Below, one piece after another: positions 26,655-38,246 of a stretch of 64,000 nt of DNA. The translations under genes were made by a program, and so were the position numbers. Within the stretch, counting starts at the first letter, position 1, and each line of letters begins with the position of its first letter. The DNA is from Convolutriloba macropyga. Taxonomy: Eukaryota. Where the stretch lies: assembly GCF_964194025.1 (NCBI RefSeq), contig NC_134474.1, positions 68,200,001 to 68,264,000 of the forward strand, in the 5' to 3' direction. A model generated the notes under the pieces. That model ran no database searches. It saw only the letters and a list, made by a program, of their open reading frames with translations, and was not told the DNA's origin.

Positions 26655-27166
26655 TTGTGTGTGTTACACAAAACACACATACACACACGCCGCGCACAAA
26701 CACGTAACAATTCAACTAATAAGAGCAACACACACACGCATACACACTCCTACACATATATATATATACACACACACACACACTCTCTCTCTCTCTCTTT
26801 CTCTCTCATACACTAATATGCACACACACGCACGTATATCGTCTAATACGCAGCTCATACAAATATAGTCCCGCATACTAACACACATACAAAGCACACA
26901 CACACATACGCACGTACAAAGCACACACCACACACACGCAAGAACGAACATATTCGCACACGTAAACTCACACACATACACAACCACACTTACGCATGCA
27001 TATTCGTTCAATTGTGTTATTTCACATATATGCAAGCTAAATACCCTCCTCCCCTGAAAGAAGCACACATACGCAAACACACACATGCACAAACACACAT
27101 CGGCGAGCGTGTGTGTGTTTGTGCGTACATAAGACAGCACACACACAAACTTCAATGCTCACACAC
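26655..27166 (+). repeat. Degenerate (CA)n tract with embedded (TA)n/(CT)n
   Basis: cacaca-rich low-complexity sequence. Confidence 0.9.
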
Positions 27167-27471
27167 TAAATAGTATAAATTTCTGTATTCATGTATTCAT
27201 ACACAAGATTTAAGCCCAGCCAATATAATTGGATGTACCAATTTCTTCACCTAATTGGTTCATCCGACAGGGTATTATCACAAACTAAGAGGGTGGGTGG
27301 ATTTAAACCTCTAGCATTTTTCAAATCCATCTCAAACTAAACACAAGTCAACTCAGAGCAGTTTAACCCCCCTCCCTCTCCCCCCCCCCATGCTTCTGCA
27401 GCCAATGTCAGTAGGTTCTCTAAATTTCGGTACATGGCATAAAATCTTGAGCTTCTTCATCATTAAAAAGC

Positions 27472-30400
27472 TTGGGGGGAGGGATCAAGACACGGCAATA
27501 CTTCGGAAGCCTTTCTTCTAAGCAGGGAATAAAAAATGAAGGGGCAGAAAATAGGGGGGGGGGGGGGGGGGGGGTAGTGGTGCGGAGGAGCAGGGTAAAT
27601 CGATTTTCTTTTGAGGAGGGCGATTTTAAGTTTGCTCAGGCAATTAAAAAGAACATAACCGACTAACGTCGGGCGAATTGCTCTCTAACATAACCGACTA
27701 ACGTCGGGCGAATTGCTCTCTATCGTCCGGATGGCTTTGGTAATAGCCAGCTACGGGCTTAGGGATGCAAGCATTAGGGGGGCGGGATGAGCGGAGTGGG
27801 GAACTCGGTGAGGGGGTTGGGGTCGAGATAGCCAGCTGAGCTTCAGGAGGGTGGATGGGCGGTAGTTGGGGGGGGGGGGGGGGATCAAGACACGGCAATA
27901 CTTCGGAAGCCTTTCTTCTAAGCAGGGAATAAAAAATGAAGGGGCAGAAAATAGGGGGGTAGTGGTGCGGAGGAGCAGAGTAAATCGATTTTCTTTTGAG
28001 GAGGGCGATTTTAAGTTTGCTCAGGCAATAAAAAGAACATAACCGACTAACGTCGGGCGAATTGCTCTCTAACATACCCGACTAACGTCGGGCGAATTGC
28101 TCTCTAACGTCCGGATGGCTTTGGTAATGGCCAGCTACGGGCTTAGGGATGAAAGCATTAGGGGGGCGGGATGAGCTGAGTGGGGAACTCGGTGAGGGGG
28201 TTGGGGTCAAGATAGCCAGCTGAGCTTCAGGAGGGTGGATGGGGGGGCTTAAACAAAGCCAAAAAAAATCAGAAGTTTGACGCCACCACAAAACAGCTAT
28301 TTGCAGCTGATCTTGCAATACCATTGCATATCGTCAAACAGGAAACTAGCAAATGACCAAAAACAACAAATGTTATACGTTGGGACCCGAGAAAGATATT
28401 AAGGAATTTACAAAAATGTATTTTTTTAAAAAAAATCCCTCCAAAAAACAAAATGCTACGCGACCTAACCATTGTTATCAGAAAATCCTTTATGTTTCTT
28501 CTGCTCAATACTGGACCTACCGAATACCCCGAAGAGACACGTTAGAACTCGGGGGAGGGATCTACAAAGGTAATTTCGGATGCCTTTCTTGACTAAGCAG
28601 GGTATAAAAAATGAAGGATGGTAACGGGGGCGTGTAGTTGCTAGTGGTACCGCGGAACGGGGAAATCGATATCTTTTAGGAAGGCAATTTTAAGTTTGCT
28701 CAGGCAATTAAAAAGAACATAACCGACTAACGTCGGGCGAATTGCTCTCAAACGTCCGGATGCTTCCGTTAGTAGCCAGCAGCGGGCATAGCGATACAAG
28801 CATATGGGGGCGGGGTGAGTGGAGTGAGGATATCATTGAGGGGGCTGGGGTCCAGATAGCCAGCTGAGCTTCAGGAGGGTTGATGGGGGTCGTGGGGGCA
28901 TAAACAAAGCCAAAACATCGAATTCCAAAAAAAATTCACAAGTATGCCGCGACCATAAAACAGCTATTTGCAATTGATCTTGCAATACAATTGCATACAC
29001 GATGGGACGCATGAACAAAGAAAAGGAACTTAAGGAAATCATAATAAATGTATTTTTTTTAAATTCCCTCCAAAAAATACGAAATGCAACGCGACCTAAC
29101 AATTGTAATCAGAAAATCTTTTATGTTGCTTTTGCTCAATTCTGGAACCGCCCAACACCAGGAAGAGACACACTTTAAAACAATAAAAAGGCCGAAAAGA
29201 AAACTCGGGGAAAATGGAAATTTGTTGCATTTGTTTAATTAAAAACTGCAGTCTTCTAATAAGGTTCTCCTCTTAGAAAAAACATTTAACATAAAGAATA
29301 AATCAAACATAACCGACTATTGTTGGAACAGTTGCTCTCGAACGACTACTGGGAGTGAATTCTAATCTATTGCAGTCTGCTTCATTCGGGGGTTGTGGCT
29401 AGATTTTCAAAGCAAATGACTACAGTTCACTGCAAAAAGTCTAATGAAAAATGCGCCAAAATTGGTCTATTTTGGGTTTTAAATTTAAGTGTTTATAGTG
29501 GAATATAATATCCTCTAATGACGTCATCATATACCACTTTAAACGAAAACAAACACCTACTTGCGCTCAATTTTCAATAGACTTTGTAGTGAACTGCCAC
29601 CACCTGAGTTTAGCTGCTGACACTTGTGAATGAAATATAGATTACGCCAAACGAAAAATCCAATTGCGTAAAAATCAATTAAAAAGACGTCAAGCCGTTC
29701 ACCATAACGACTTCACATTTTGTTCGAGAGCCATTAAAATAAGTCACCGAGGAGAAAAAACCTATTGGGAAACAAATACCAAAAATTACAAAGGAAAATT
29801 ATCAAAAAAAAATGGGTCTATATTTGATTAAACATACTCGTGGATGAGCGGAGTGGGGAACTCGGCGAGGGGGTTGGGGTCGAGATAGCCAGCTGAGCTT
29901 CAGGAGGGTGGATGGGGGGTAGTGGGGGATCAAGACACGGCAATACTTCGGAAGCCTTTCCTCTAAGCAGGGAATAAAAAATGAAGGGCCAGAAAATAGG
30001 GGGGTAGAGGTGCGGAGGAGCAGAGTAAATCGATTTTCTTTTGAGGGGGGCGATTTTAAGTTTGCTCAGGCAGTAAAAAGAACATAACCGACTAACGTCG
30101 GGCAAATTGCTCTCTATCATACCCGATTAACGTCGGGCGAATTGCTCTCTAACGTCCGGATGGCTTGGTAATGGCCAGCTACGGGCTTAGGGATGAAAGC
30201 ATTAGGGGGGGCAGGATGAGCGGAGTGGGGAACTCGGTGAGGGGGTTGGGGTCGAGATAGCCAGCTGAGCTTCAGGAGGGTGCATGGGGGTAGTGGGGGG
30301 ATCAATACACGGCAATACTTCGGAAGCCTTTCTTCTAAGCAGGGAACAAAAAATGAAGGGGCAGAAAATAGTGGGGTAGTGGTGCGGAAGAGCAGGGTAA

Positions 30401-33400
30401 ATCGATTTTCTTTTGAGGGGGGCGATTTTAAGTTTGCTCAGGCAGTAAAAAGAACATAACCGACTAACGTCGGGCAAATTGCTCTCTATCATACCCGATT
30501 AACGTCGGGCGAATTGCTCTCTAACGTCCGGATGGCTTGGTAATGGCCAGCTACGGGCTTAGGGATGAAAGCATTAGGGGGGGCAGGATGAGCGGAGTGG
30601 GGAACTCGGTGAGGGGGTTGGGGTCGAGATAGCCAGCTGAGCTTCAGGAGGGTGCATGGGGGGTAGTGGGGGGATCAATACACGGCAATACTTCGGAAGC
30701 CTTTCTTCTAAGCAGGGAACAAAAAATGAAGGGGCAGAAAATAGGGGGGTAGTGGTGCGGAGGAGCAGGGTAAATCGATTTTCTTTTGAGGAGGGCGATT
30801 TTAAGTTTGCTCAGGCAATTAAAAAGAACATAACCAACTAACGTCGGTTATAGTGGAATATAATATCCCCTAATGACGTCATCATATACCACTTTAAACG
30901 AAAACAAACACCTACTTGCGCTCAATTTTCAATAGACTTTGTAGTGAACTGCCACCACCTGAGTTTAGCTGCTGACACTTGTGAATGAAATATAGATTAC
31001 GCCAAACGAAAAATCCAATTGCGTAAAAATCAATTAAAAAGACGTCAAGCCGTTCACCATAATGACTTCACATTTTGTTCGAGAGCCATTAAAATAAGTC
31101 ACCGAGGAGAAAAAACCTATTGGGAAACAAATACCAAAAATTACAAAGGAAAATTATCAAAAGAAAAATGGGTCTATATTTGATTAAACATACTCGTGGA
31201 TGAGCGGAGTGGGGAACTCGGTGAGGGGGTTGGGGTCGAGATAGCCAGCTGAGCTTCAGGAGGGTGCATGGGGGGTAGTGGGGGGATCAATACACGGCAA
31301 TACTTCGGAAGCCTTTCTTCTAAGCAGGGAACAAAAATTGAAGGGGCAGAAAATAGGGTGGTAGTGGTGCGGAGGAGCAGGGTAAATCGATTTTCTTTTG
31401 AGGAGGGCGATTTTAAGTTTGCTCAGGCAATTAAAAAGAACATAACCAACTAACGTCGGTTATAGTGGAATATAATATCCCCTAATGACGTCATCATATA
31501 CCACTTTAAACGAAAACAAACACCTACTTGCGCTCAATTTTCAATAGACTTTGTAGTGAACTGCCACCACCTGAGTTTAGCTGCTGACACTTGTGAATGA
31601 AATATAGATTACGCCAAACGAAAAATCCAATTGCGTAAAAATCAATTAAAAAGACGTCAAGCCGTTCACCATAATGACTTCACATTTTGTTCGAGAGCCA
31701 TTAAAATAAGTCACCGAGGAGAAAAAACCTATTGGGAAACAAATACCAAAAATTACAAAGGAAAATTATCAAAAGAAAAATGGGTCTATATTTGATTAAA
31801 CATACTCGTGGATGAGCGGAGTGGGGAACTCGGTGAGGGGGTTGGGGTCGAGATAGCCAGCTGAGCTTCAGGAGAGTGGATGGGGGGTAGTGGGGGATCA
31901 AGACACGGCAATACTTCGGAAGCCTTTCTTCTAAGCAGGGAATAAAAAATGAAGGGCCAGAAAATAGGGGGGTAGAGGTGCGGAGGAGCAGAGTAAATCG
32001 ATTTTCTTTTGAGGGGGGCGATTTTAAGTTTGCTCAGGCAGTAAAAAGAACATAACCGACTAACGTCGGGCAAATTGCTCTCTATCATACCCGATTAACG
32101 TCGGGCGAATTGCTCTCTAACGTCCGGATGGCTTGGAAATGGCCAGCTACGGGCTTAGGGATGAAAGCATTAGGGGGGGCAGGATGAGCGGAGTGGGGAA
32201 CTCGGTGAGGGGGTTGGGGTCGAGATAGCCAGCTGAGCTTCAGGAGGGTGCATGGGGGGTAGTGGGGGGATCAATACACGGCAATACTTCGGAAGCCTTT
32301 CTTCTAAGCAGGGAACAAAAAATGAAGGGGCAGAAAATAGGGGGGTAGTGGTGCGGAGGAGCAGGGTAAATCGATTTTCTTTTGAGGAGGGCGATTTTAA
32401 GTTTGCTCAGGCAATTAAAAAGAACATAACCAACTAACGTCGGTTATAGTGGAATATAATATCCCCTAATGACGTCATCATATACCACTTTAAACGAAAA
32501 CAAACACCTACTTGCGCTCAATTTTCAATAGACTTTGTAGTGAACTGCCACCACCTGAGTTTAGCTGCTGACACTTGTGAATGAAATATAGATTACGCCA
32601 AACGAAAAATCCAATTGCGTAAAAATCAATTAAAAAGACGTCAAGCCGTTCACCATAATGACTTCACATTTTGTTCGAGAGCCATTAAAATAAGTCACCG
32701 AGGAGAAAAAACCTATTGGGAAACAAATACCAAAAATTACAAAGGAAAATTATCAAAAGAAAAATGGGTCTATATTTGATTAAACATACTCGTGGATGAG
32801 CGGAGTGGGGAACTCGGTGAGGGGGTTGGGGTCGAGATAGCCAGCTGAGCTTCAGGAGGGTGCATGGGGGGTAGTGGGGGGATCAATACACGGCAATACT
32901 TCGGAAGCCTTTCTTCTAAGCAGGGAACAAAAATTGAAGGGGCAGAAAATAGGGTGGTAGTGGTGCGGAGGAGCAGGGTAAATCGATTTTCTTTTGAGGA
33001 GGGCGATTTTAAGTTTGCTCAGGCAATTAAAAAGAACATAACCAACTAACGTCGGTTATAGTGGAATATAATATCCCCTAATGACGTCATCATATACCAC
33101 TTTAAACGAAAACAAACACCTACTTGCGCTCAATTTTCAATAGACTTTGTAGTGAACTGCCACCACCTGAGTTTAGCTGCTGACACTTGTGAATGAAATA
33201 TAGATTACGCCAAACGAAAAATCCAATTGCGTAAAAATCAATTAAAAAGACGTCAAGCCGTTCACCATAATGACTTCACATTTTGTTCGAGAGCCATTAA
33301 AATAAGTCACCGAGGAGAAAAAACCTATTGGGAAACAAATACCAAAAATTACAAAGGAAAATTATCAAAAGAAAAATGGGTCTATATTTGATTAAACATA

Positions 33401-36400
33401 CTCGTGGATGAGCGGAGTGGGGAACTCGGTGAGGGGGTTGGGGTCGAGATAGCCAGCTGAGCTTCAGGAGAGTGGATGGGGGGTAGTGGGGGATCAAGAC
33501 ACGGCAATACTTCGGAAGCCTTTCTTCTAAGCAGGGAATAAAAAATGAAGGGCCAGAAAATAGGGGGGTAGAGGTGCGGAGGAGCAGAGTAAATCGATTT
33601 TCTTTTGAGGGGGGCGATTTTAAGTTTGCTCAGGCAGTAAAAAGAACATAACCGACTAACGTCGGGCAAATTGCTCTCTATCATACCCGATTAACGTCGG
33701 GCGAATTGCTCTCTAACGTCCGGATGGCTTGGAAATGGCCAGCTACGGGCTTAGGGATGAAAGCATTAGGGGGGGCAGGATGAGCGGAGTGGGGAACTCG
33801 GTGAGGGGGTTGGGGTCGAGATAGCCAGCTGAGCTTCAGGAGGGTGCATGGGGGGTAGTGGGGGGATCAATACACGGCAATACTTCGGAAGCCTTTCTTC
33901 TAAGCAGGGAACAAAAAATGAAGGGGCAGAAAATAGGGAGGTAGTGGTGCGGAGGAGCAGGGTAAATCGATTTTCTTTTGAGGAGCGCGATTTGCAGTTT
34001 GCTCAGGCAATTAAGAAGAACATAACCGACTAACGTCGGTTATAGTGGAATATAATATCCCCTAATGACGTCATTATATACCACTTAAAACGAAAACAAA
34101 CACCTACTTGCGCTCAATTTTCAATAGACTTTGTAGTGAACTGCCACCAACTGAGTTTAGCTGCTGACACTTGTGAATGAAATATAGATTACGCCAAACG
34201 AAAAATCCAATTGCGTAAAAATCAATTAAAAAGTCGTCAAGCCGTTCACCATAATGACTTCACATTTTGTTCGAGAGCCATTAACATAAGTCACCGAGGA
34301 GAAAAAACCTATTGGGAAACAAATACCAAAAATTACAAAGGAAAATTATCAAAAGAAAAATGGGTCTATATTTGATTAAACGTACTCGTGGATGAGCGGA
34401 GTGGGGAACTCGGTGAGGGGGTTGCGGTCGAGATAGCCAGCTGAGCTTCAGGAGGGTGGATGGGGGGTAGTGGGGGGATCAAGACACTGCAATACTTCGG
34501 AAGCCTTTCTTCTAAGCAGGGAATAAAAAATGAAGGGGCAGAAAATAGGGGGGTAGTGGTGCGGAGGAGCAGGGTAAATCGATTTTCTTTTGAGGAGGGC
34601 GATTTGAAGTTTGCTCAGGCAATTAAAAAGAACATAACCGACTAACGTCGGTTATAGTGGAATATAATATCCCCTAATGACGTCATTATATACCACTTAA
34701 AACGAAAACAAACACCTACTTGCGCTCAATTTTCAATAGACTTTGTAGTGAACTGCCACCACCTGAGTTTAGCTGCTGACACTTGTGAATGAAATATAGA
34801 TTACGCCAAACGAAAAATCCAATTGCGTAAAAATCAATTAAAAAGTCGTCAAGCCGTTCACCATAATGACTTCACATTTTGTTCGAGAGCCATTAACATA
34901 AGTCACCGAGGAGAAAAAACCTATTGGGAAACTAATACCAAAAATTACAAAGGAAAAATATCAAAAGAAAAATGGGTCTATATTTGATTAAACGTACTCC
35001 ACTTTTTAACCAAAAACGCGAAAAAAATAAACAACACAATCAAAAGTTCACCAAAACCAATAAAATAAAGAACTTAAATAGAGAAATGTCATAGAAAAAA
35101 CTGATGATTATAAAAAGTGCTGAGAAAAATTTACACACAGCAAAATGACAAAAATTAGACTAAAATTGCATCAGAAGTCAAATAACTGCTTAAGATAGCC
35201 AATAAATGCATCTAAACATGCAGTTATTGGTTAATATCAATGAGAACACCCAGTTTGATTAAAATAAATATAGTCTGCCAGTTAAATAAATAGCTAAAAC
35301 TAAAAACTACGAGAAAAGTCGTCAACACGTTTACCATAATGACTTCAAATTTTGTTCGAGAGCCATTAACATAAGTCACCGAGGAGAAAAAACCTATTGG
35401 GAAACAAATACCAAAAATTACAAAGGAAAATTATCAAAAGAAAAATGGGTCTATATTTGATTAAACGTACTCGTGGATGAGCGGAGTGGGGAACTCGGTG
35501 AGGGGGTTGCGGTCGAGATAGCCAGCTGAGCTTCAGGAGGGTGGATGGGGGGTAGTGGGGGGGATCAAGACACTGCAATACTTCGGAAGCCTTTCTTCTA
35601 AGCAGGGAATAAAAAATGAAGGGGCAGAAAATAGGGGGGTAGTGGTGCGGAGGAGCAGGGTAAATCGATTTTCTTTTGAGGAGGGCGATTTGAAGTTTGC
35701 TCAGGCAATTAAAAAGAACATAACCGACTAACGTCGGTTATAGTGGAATATAATATCCCCTAATGACGTCATTATATACCACTTAAAACGAAAACAAACA
35801 CCTACTTGCGCTCAATTTTCAATAGACTTTGTAGTGAACTGCCACCACCTGAGTTTAGCTGCTGACACTTGTGAATGAAATATAGATTACGCCAAACGAA
35901 AAATCCAATTGCGTAAAAATCAATTAAAAAGTCGTCAAGCCGTTCACCATAATGACTTCACATTTTGTTCGAGAGCCATTAACATAAGTCACCGAGGAGA
36001 AAAAACCTATTGGGAAACTAATACCAAAAATTACAAAGGAAAAATATCAAAAGAAAAATGGGTCTATATTTGATTAAACGTACTCCACTTTTTAACCAAA
36101 AACGCGAAAAAAATAAACAACACAATCAAAAGTTCACCAAAACCAATAAAATAAAGAACTTAAATAAAGAAATGTCATAGAAAAAACTGATGATTATAAA
36201 AAGTGCTGAGAAAAATTTCAACACAGCAAAATGACAAAAATTAGATTAAAATTGCATCAGAAGTCAAATAATTGCTTAAGATAGCCAATAAATGCATCTA
36301 AACATGCAGTTATTGGTTAATATCAATGAGAACACCCAGTTTGATTAAAATAAATATCGTCTGCCAGTTAAATAAATAGCTAAAACTAAAAACTACGAGA

Positions 36401-36870
36401 AAAGTCGTCAACACGTTTACCATAATGACTTCAAATTTTGTTCGAGAGTCATTAACATAAGTCACCGAGGAAAAAAAACCTATTGCGAAACAAATACCAA
36501 AAATTACAAAGGAAAAATATCAAAAGAAAAAAGTCTATATTTGATTAAACGTACTCCACTTTTTAACCAAAAACGCGAAATTTTAAAACACAATCAAAAG
36601 TTTACCAAAACCAACAAGATAAATAACTTAAAGAAAGAAATGTCATAGATAAAACTGAAGATTACAAAAAGTGCTAAGAAAAAGTTCAGCACAGCAAAAT
36701 GACAAAATAGATCAAAATTGCATCAGAAATCGAATAATCGAATAATTGCTTCAAATAGCCAAAAATGCAATAGCCAAAAATGCAAAAATATCAATGAGAA
36801 CACCCAGTTTGAATAAAATAAATAGTCTACCAGTAAAAACAAATAGCTATAACTAAAAACTATGAGAAAG
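27472..36870. repeat. Complex tandem array of HINE-derived modules with a 1596-bp higher-order repeat (612+612+372) in the core
   Basis: Identical ORFs recur at 30656/32252/33848 and 31268/32864 (period 1596); sub-periods are 612 and 372. A later ~1085-bp period spans ~34390-36550. Every G-rich module ends in aacataacc(g/a)actaacgtcgg. Confidence 0.95.
29306..29737 (-). mobile_element. HINE-like element; source of the AT-rich module of the array
   Basis: aacataaccgactattgttgg..ttgctctcgaacga ... ttgttcgagagccattaa. Confidence 0.7.
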
Positions 36871-37204
36871 CGACGCAGGCAAATACAGCTTTTAATTGCT
36901 GCGCAAAACTTTCTACATCTACTTTTTTCACTCTTTCTCAGAATGATGTATCAAAACAGACACTTTCTTTTTTTCTCTTCCGTTATTTTTTTCAGCAGGT
37001 TGACCAAAAAACTTTTCACGCGCTGCATTGAATTTTAAATCCTGTTTTAGTGGCACAAATTTTTTTTTTAAAAATAGGAGATCAGCATCTCTTCTTCGAG
37101 TCGCAAAAATCAGGTCCTCACTACAGTCCACTCCTTTGGGTAATAAAAACGAGAGTGCTTAAATAATAGCCATTGAGAGGCTTACAGCGGCTATTAATGA
37201 TTAT

Positions 37205-37410
37205 GAACCGACTAACAAATTGCTCTCGAACGACAGGTGGGGCAATTTAATCTAAAGGGGCTGAAACCTGGCTTTTTTCACGGCATGAAAAACTCGCACG
37301 AGAAATGAAAACGACAAATTGTTCTAGAACAAACCAGTCAAGCAAAAATTTTACATAATAAACAAACAACTTTACAATAATTGCTTCAAACTTCGTTCGA
37401 ACGCAATTAA
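37205..37410 (-). mobile_element. Short, internally deleted HINE-like element
   Basis: aattgctctcgaacga ... tcgttcgaacgcaattaa; body related to 6911-7436 but lacks the tRNA cassette. Confidence 0.7.
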
Positions 37411-37586
37411 TAAGTTTCAATAAACTTATTCAACTTTGTTTCATTTAGATCACCACATTTTTTTCCAGCTGTAGAAATATGCAGTTTTCTGTGATGCTGA
37501 TAGCTTCTCAGACGTCTTTCACCATTTTCTGCAATATTTGTTTCAAGCAATTTTCCTCATACGTTTTCGAAAAGGTACTAAAGAGG

Positions 37587-38087
37587 TGTCAACCCTATTA
37601 TATACTTGTATACCAATAGATTCAAGTAATATTTTTCACAGGACAAGTTGTTGACATTCTTCACGATTGTAAACAAGTTTAAAACAAGCAATATAAAACT
37701 AATTGCGATATTACAACCATCCAAAACAACCATAAAACTTATTGCGAGATAACAATCCAAACGATAACCGTTCAATTGAATTATTTAAGCTCCATAATGC
37801 AAAACATATCTTCATTTTCTTTATTGCACTGGCTTTGAATGGCAGCAAAAAAATTAGAACATAACCCACTAACGTTGGGCAAATTGCTCTCAAACGACCG
37901 GCGAACTTGAAAACTATAAAGCTGAAAGGCTCTAAGATCACTTTATGCCCGCTGGGCGCTACCTGTTTATCCCGTTTTTGAGGACGAAAAGTCAAATGCG
38001 TCATACGAAAAATTGAAGCGAAAAATCGCATAAAAATGATCGACAGGACAATAATAATTGCAACAAACTTCGTTTGAGAGCAATTAA
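37587..38087 (-). mobile_element. HINE-like element (37856-38087) plus ~270-bp extension shared with 19415-19690
   Basis: gtcaaccctattatatacttgtatac...ggcagcaaaaaa is nearly identical at both loci and is followed by hairpin/subTIR and cgtttgagagcaattaa. Confidence 0.8.
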
Positions 38088-38246
38088 AAAAAACCTAAGC
38101 AGATAATTGGGAAGCCCAAAAATAACCCAGCGGGTAGATAAAAGTTTACTTCTCACATTAGGAGTCAATTCATATTTTCAGAACTCCAAAACTTAGCATG
38201 CCACACTTTATGAAGGCACTGCTACTCTTCGCAAATCTTTTATGTC

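Noticed and set aside
25280-27155. His/Thr- and Cys/Val-rich ORFs
   Set aside because: Translations of (CA)n/(TG)n microsatellites.
27472-35578. Repeated 60-125 aa ORFs in the array
   Set aside because: Non-ATG or chance starts, both strands open, no domain signal; by-products of the repeat.
27649-35740. Recurrent ~33-bp palindromic repeat resembling a CRISPR direct repeat
   Set aside because: Intervening sequences are long and themselves repeated, there are no cas genes, and the context is eukaryotic; explained as Helentron ends.
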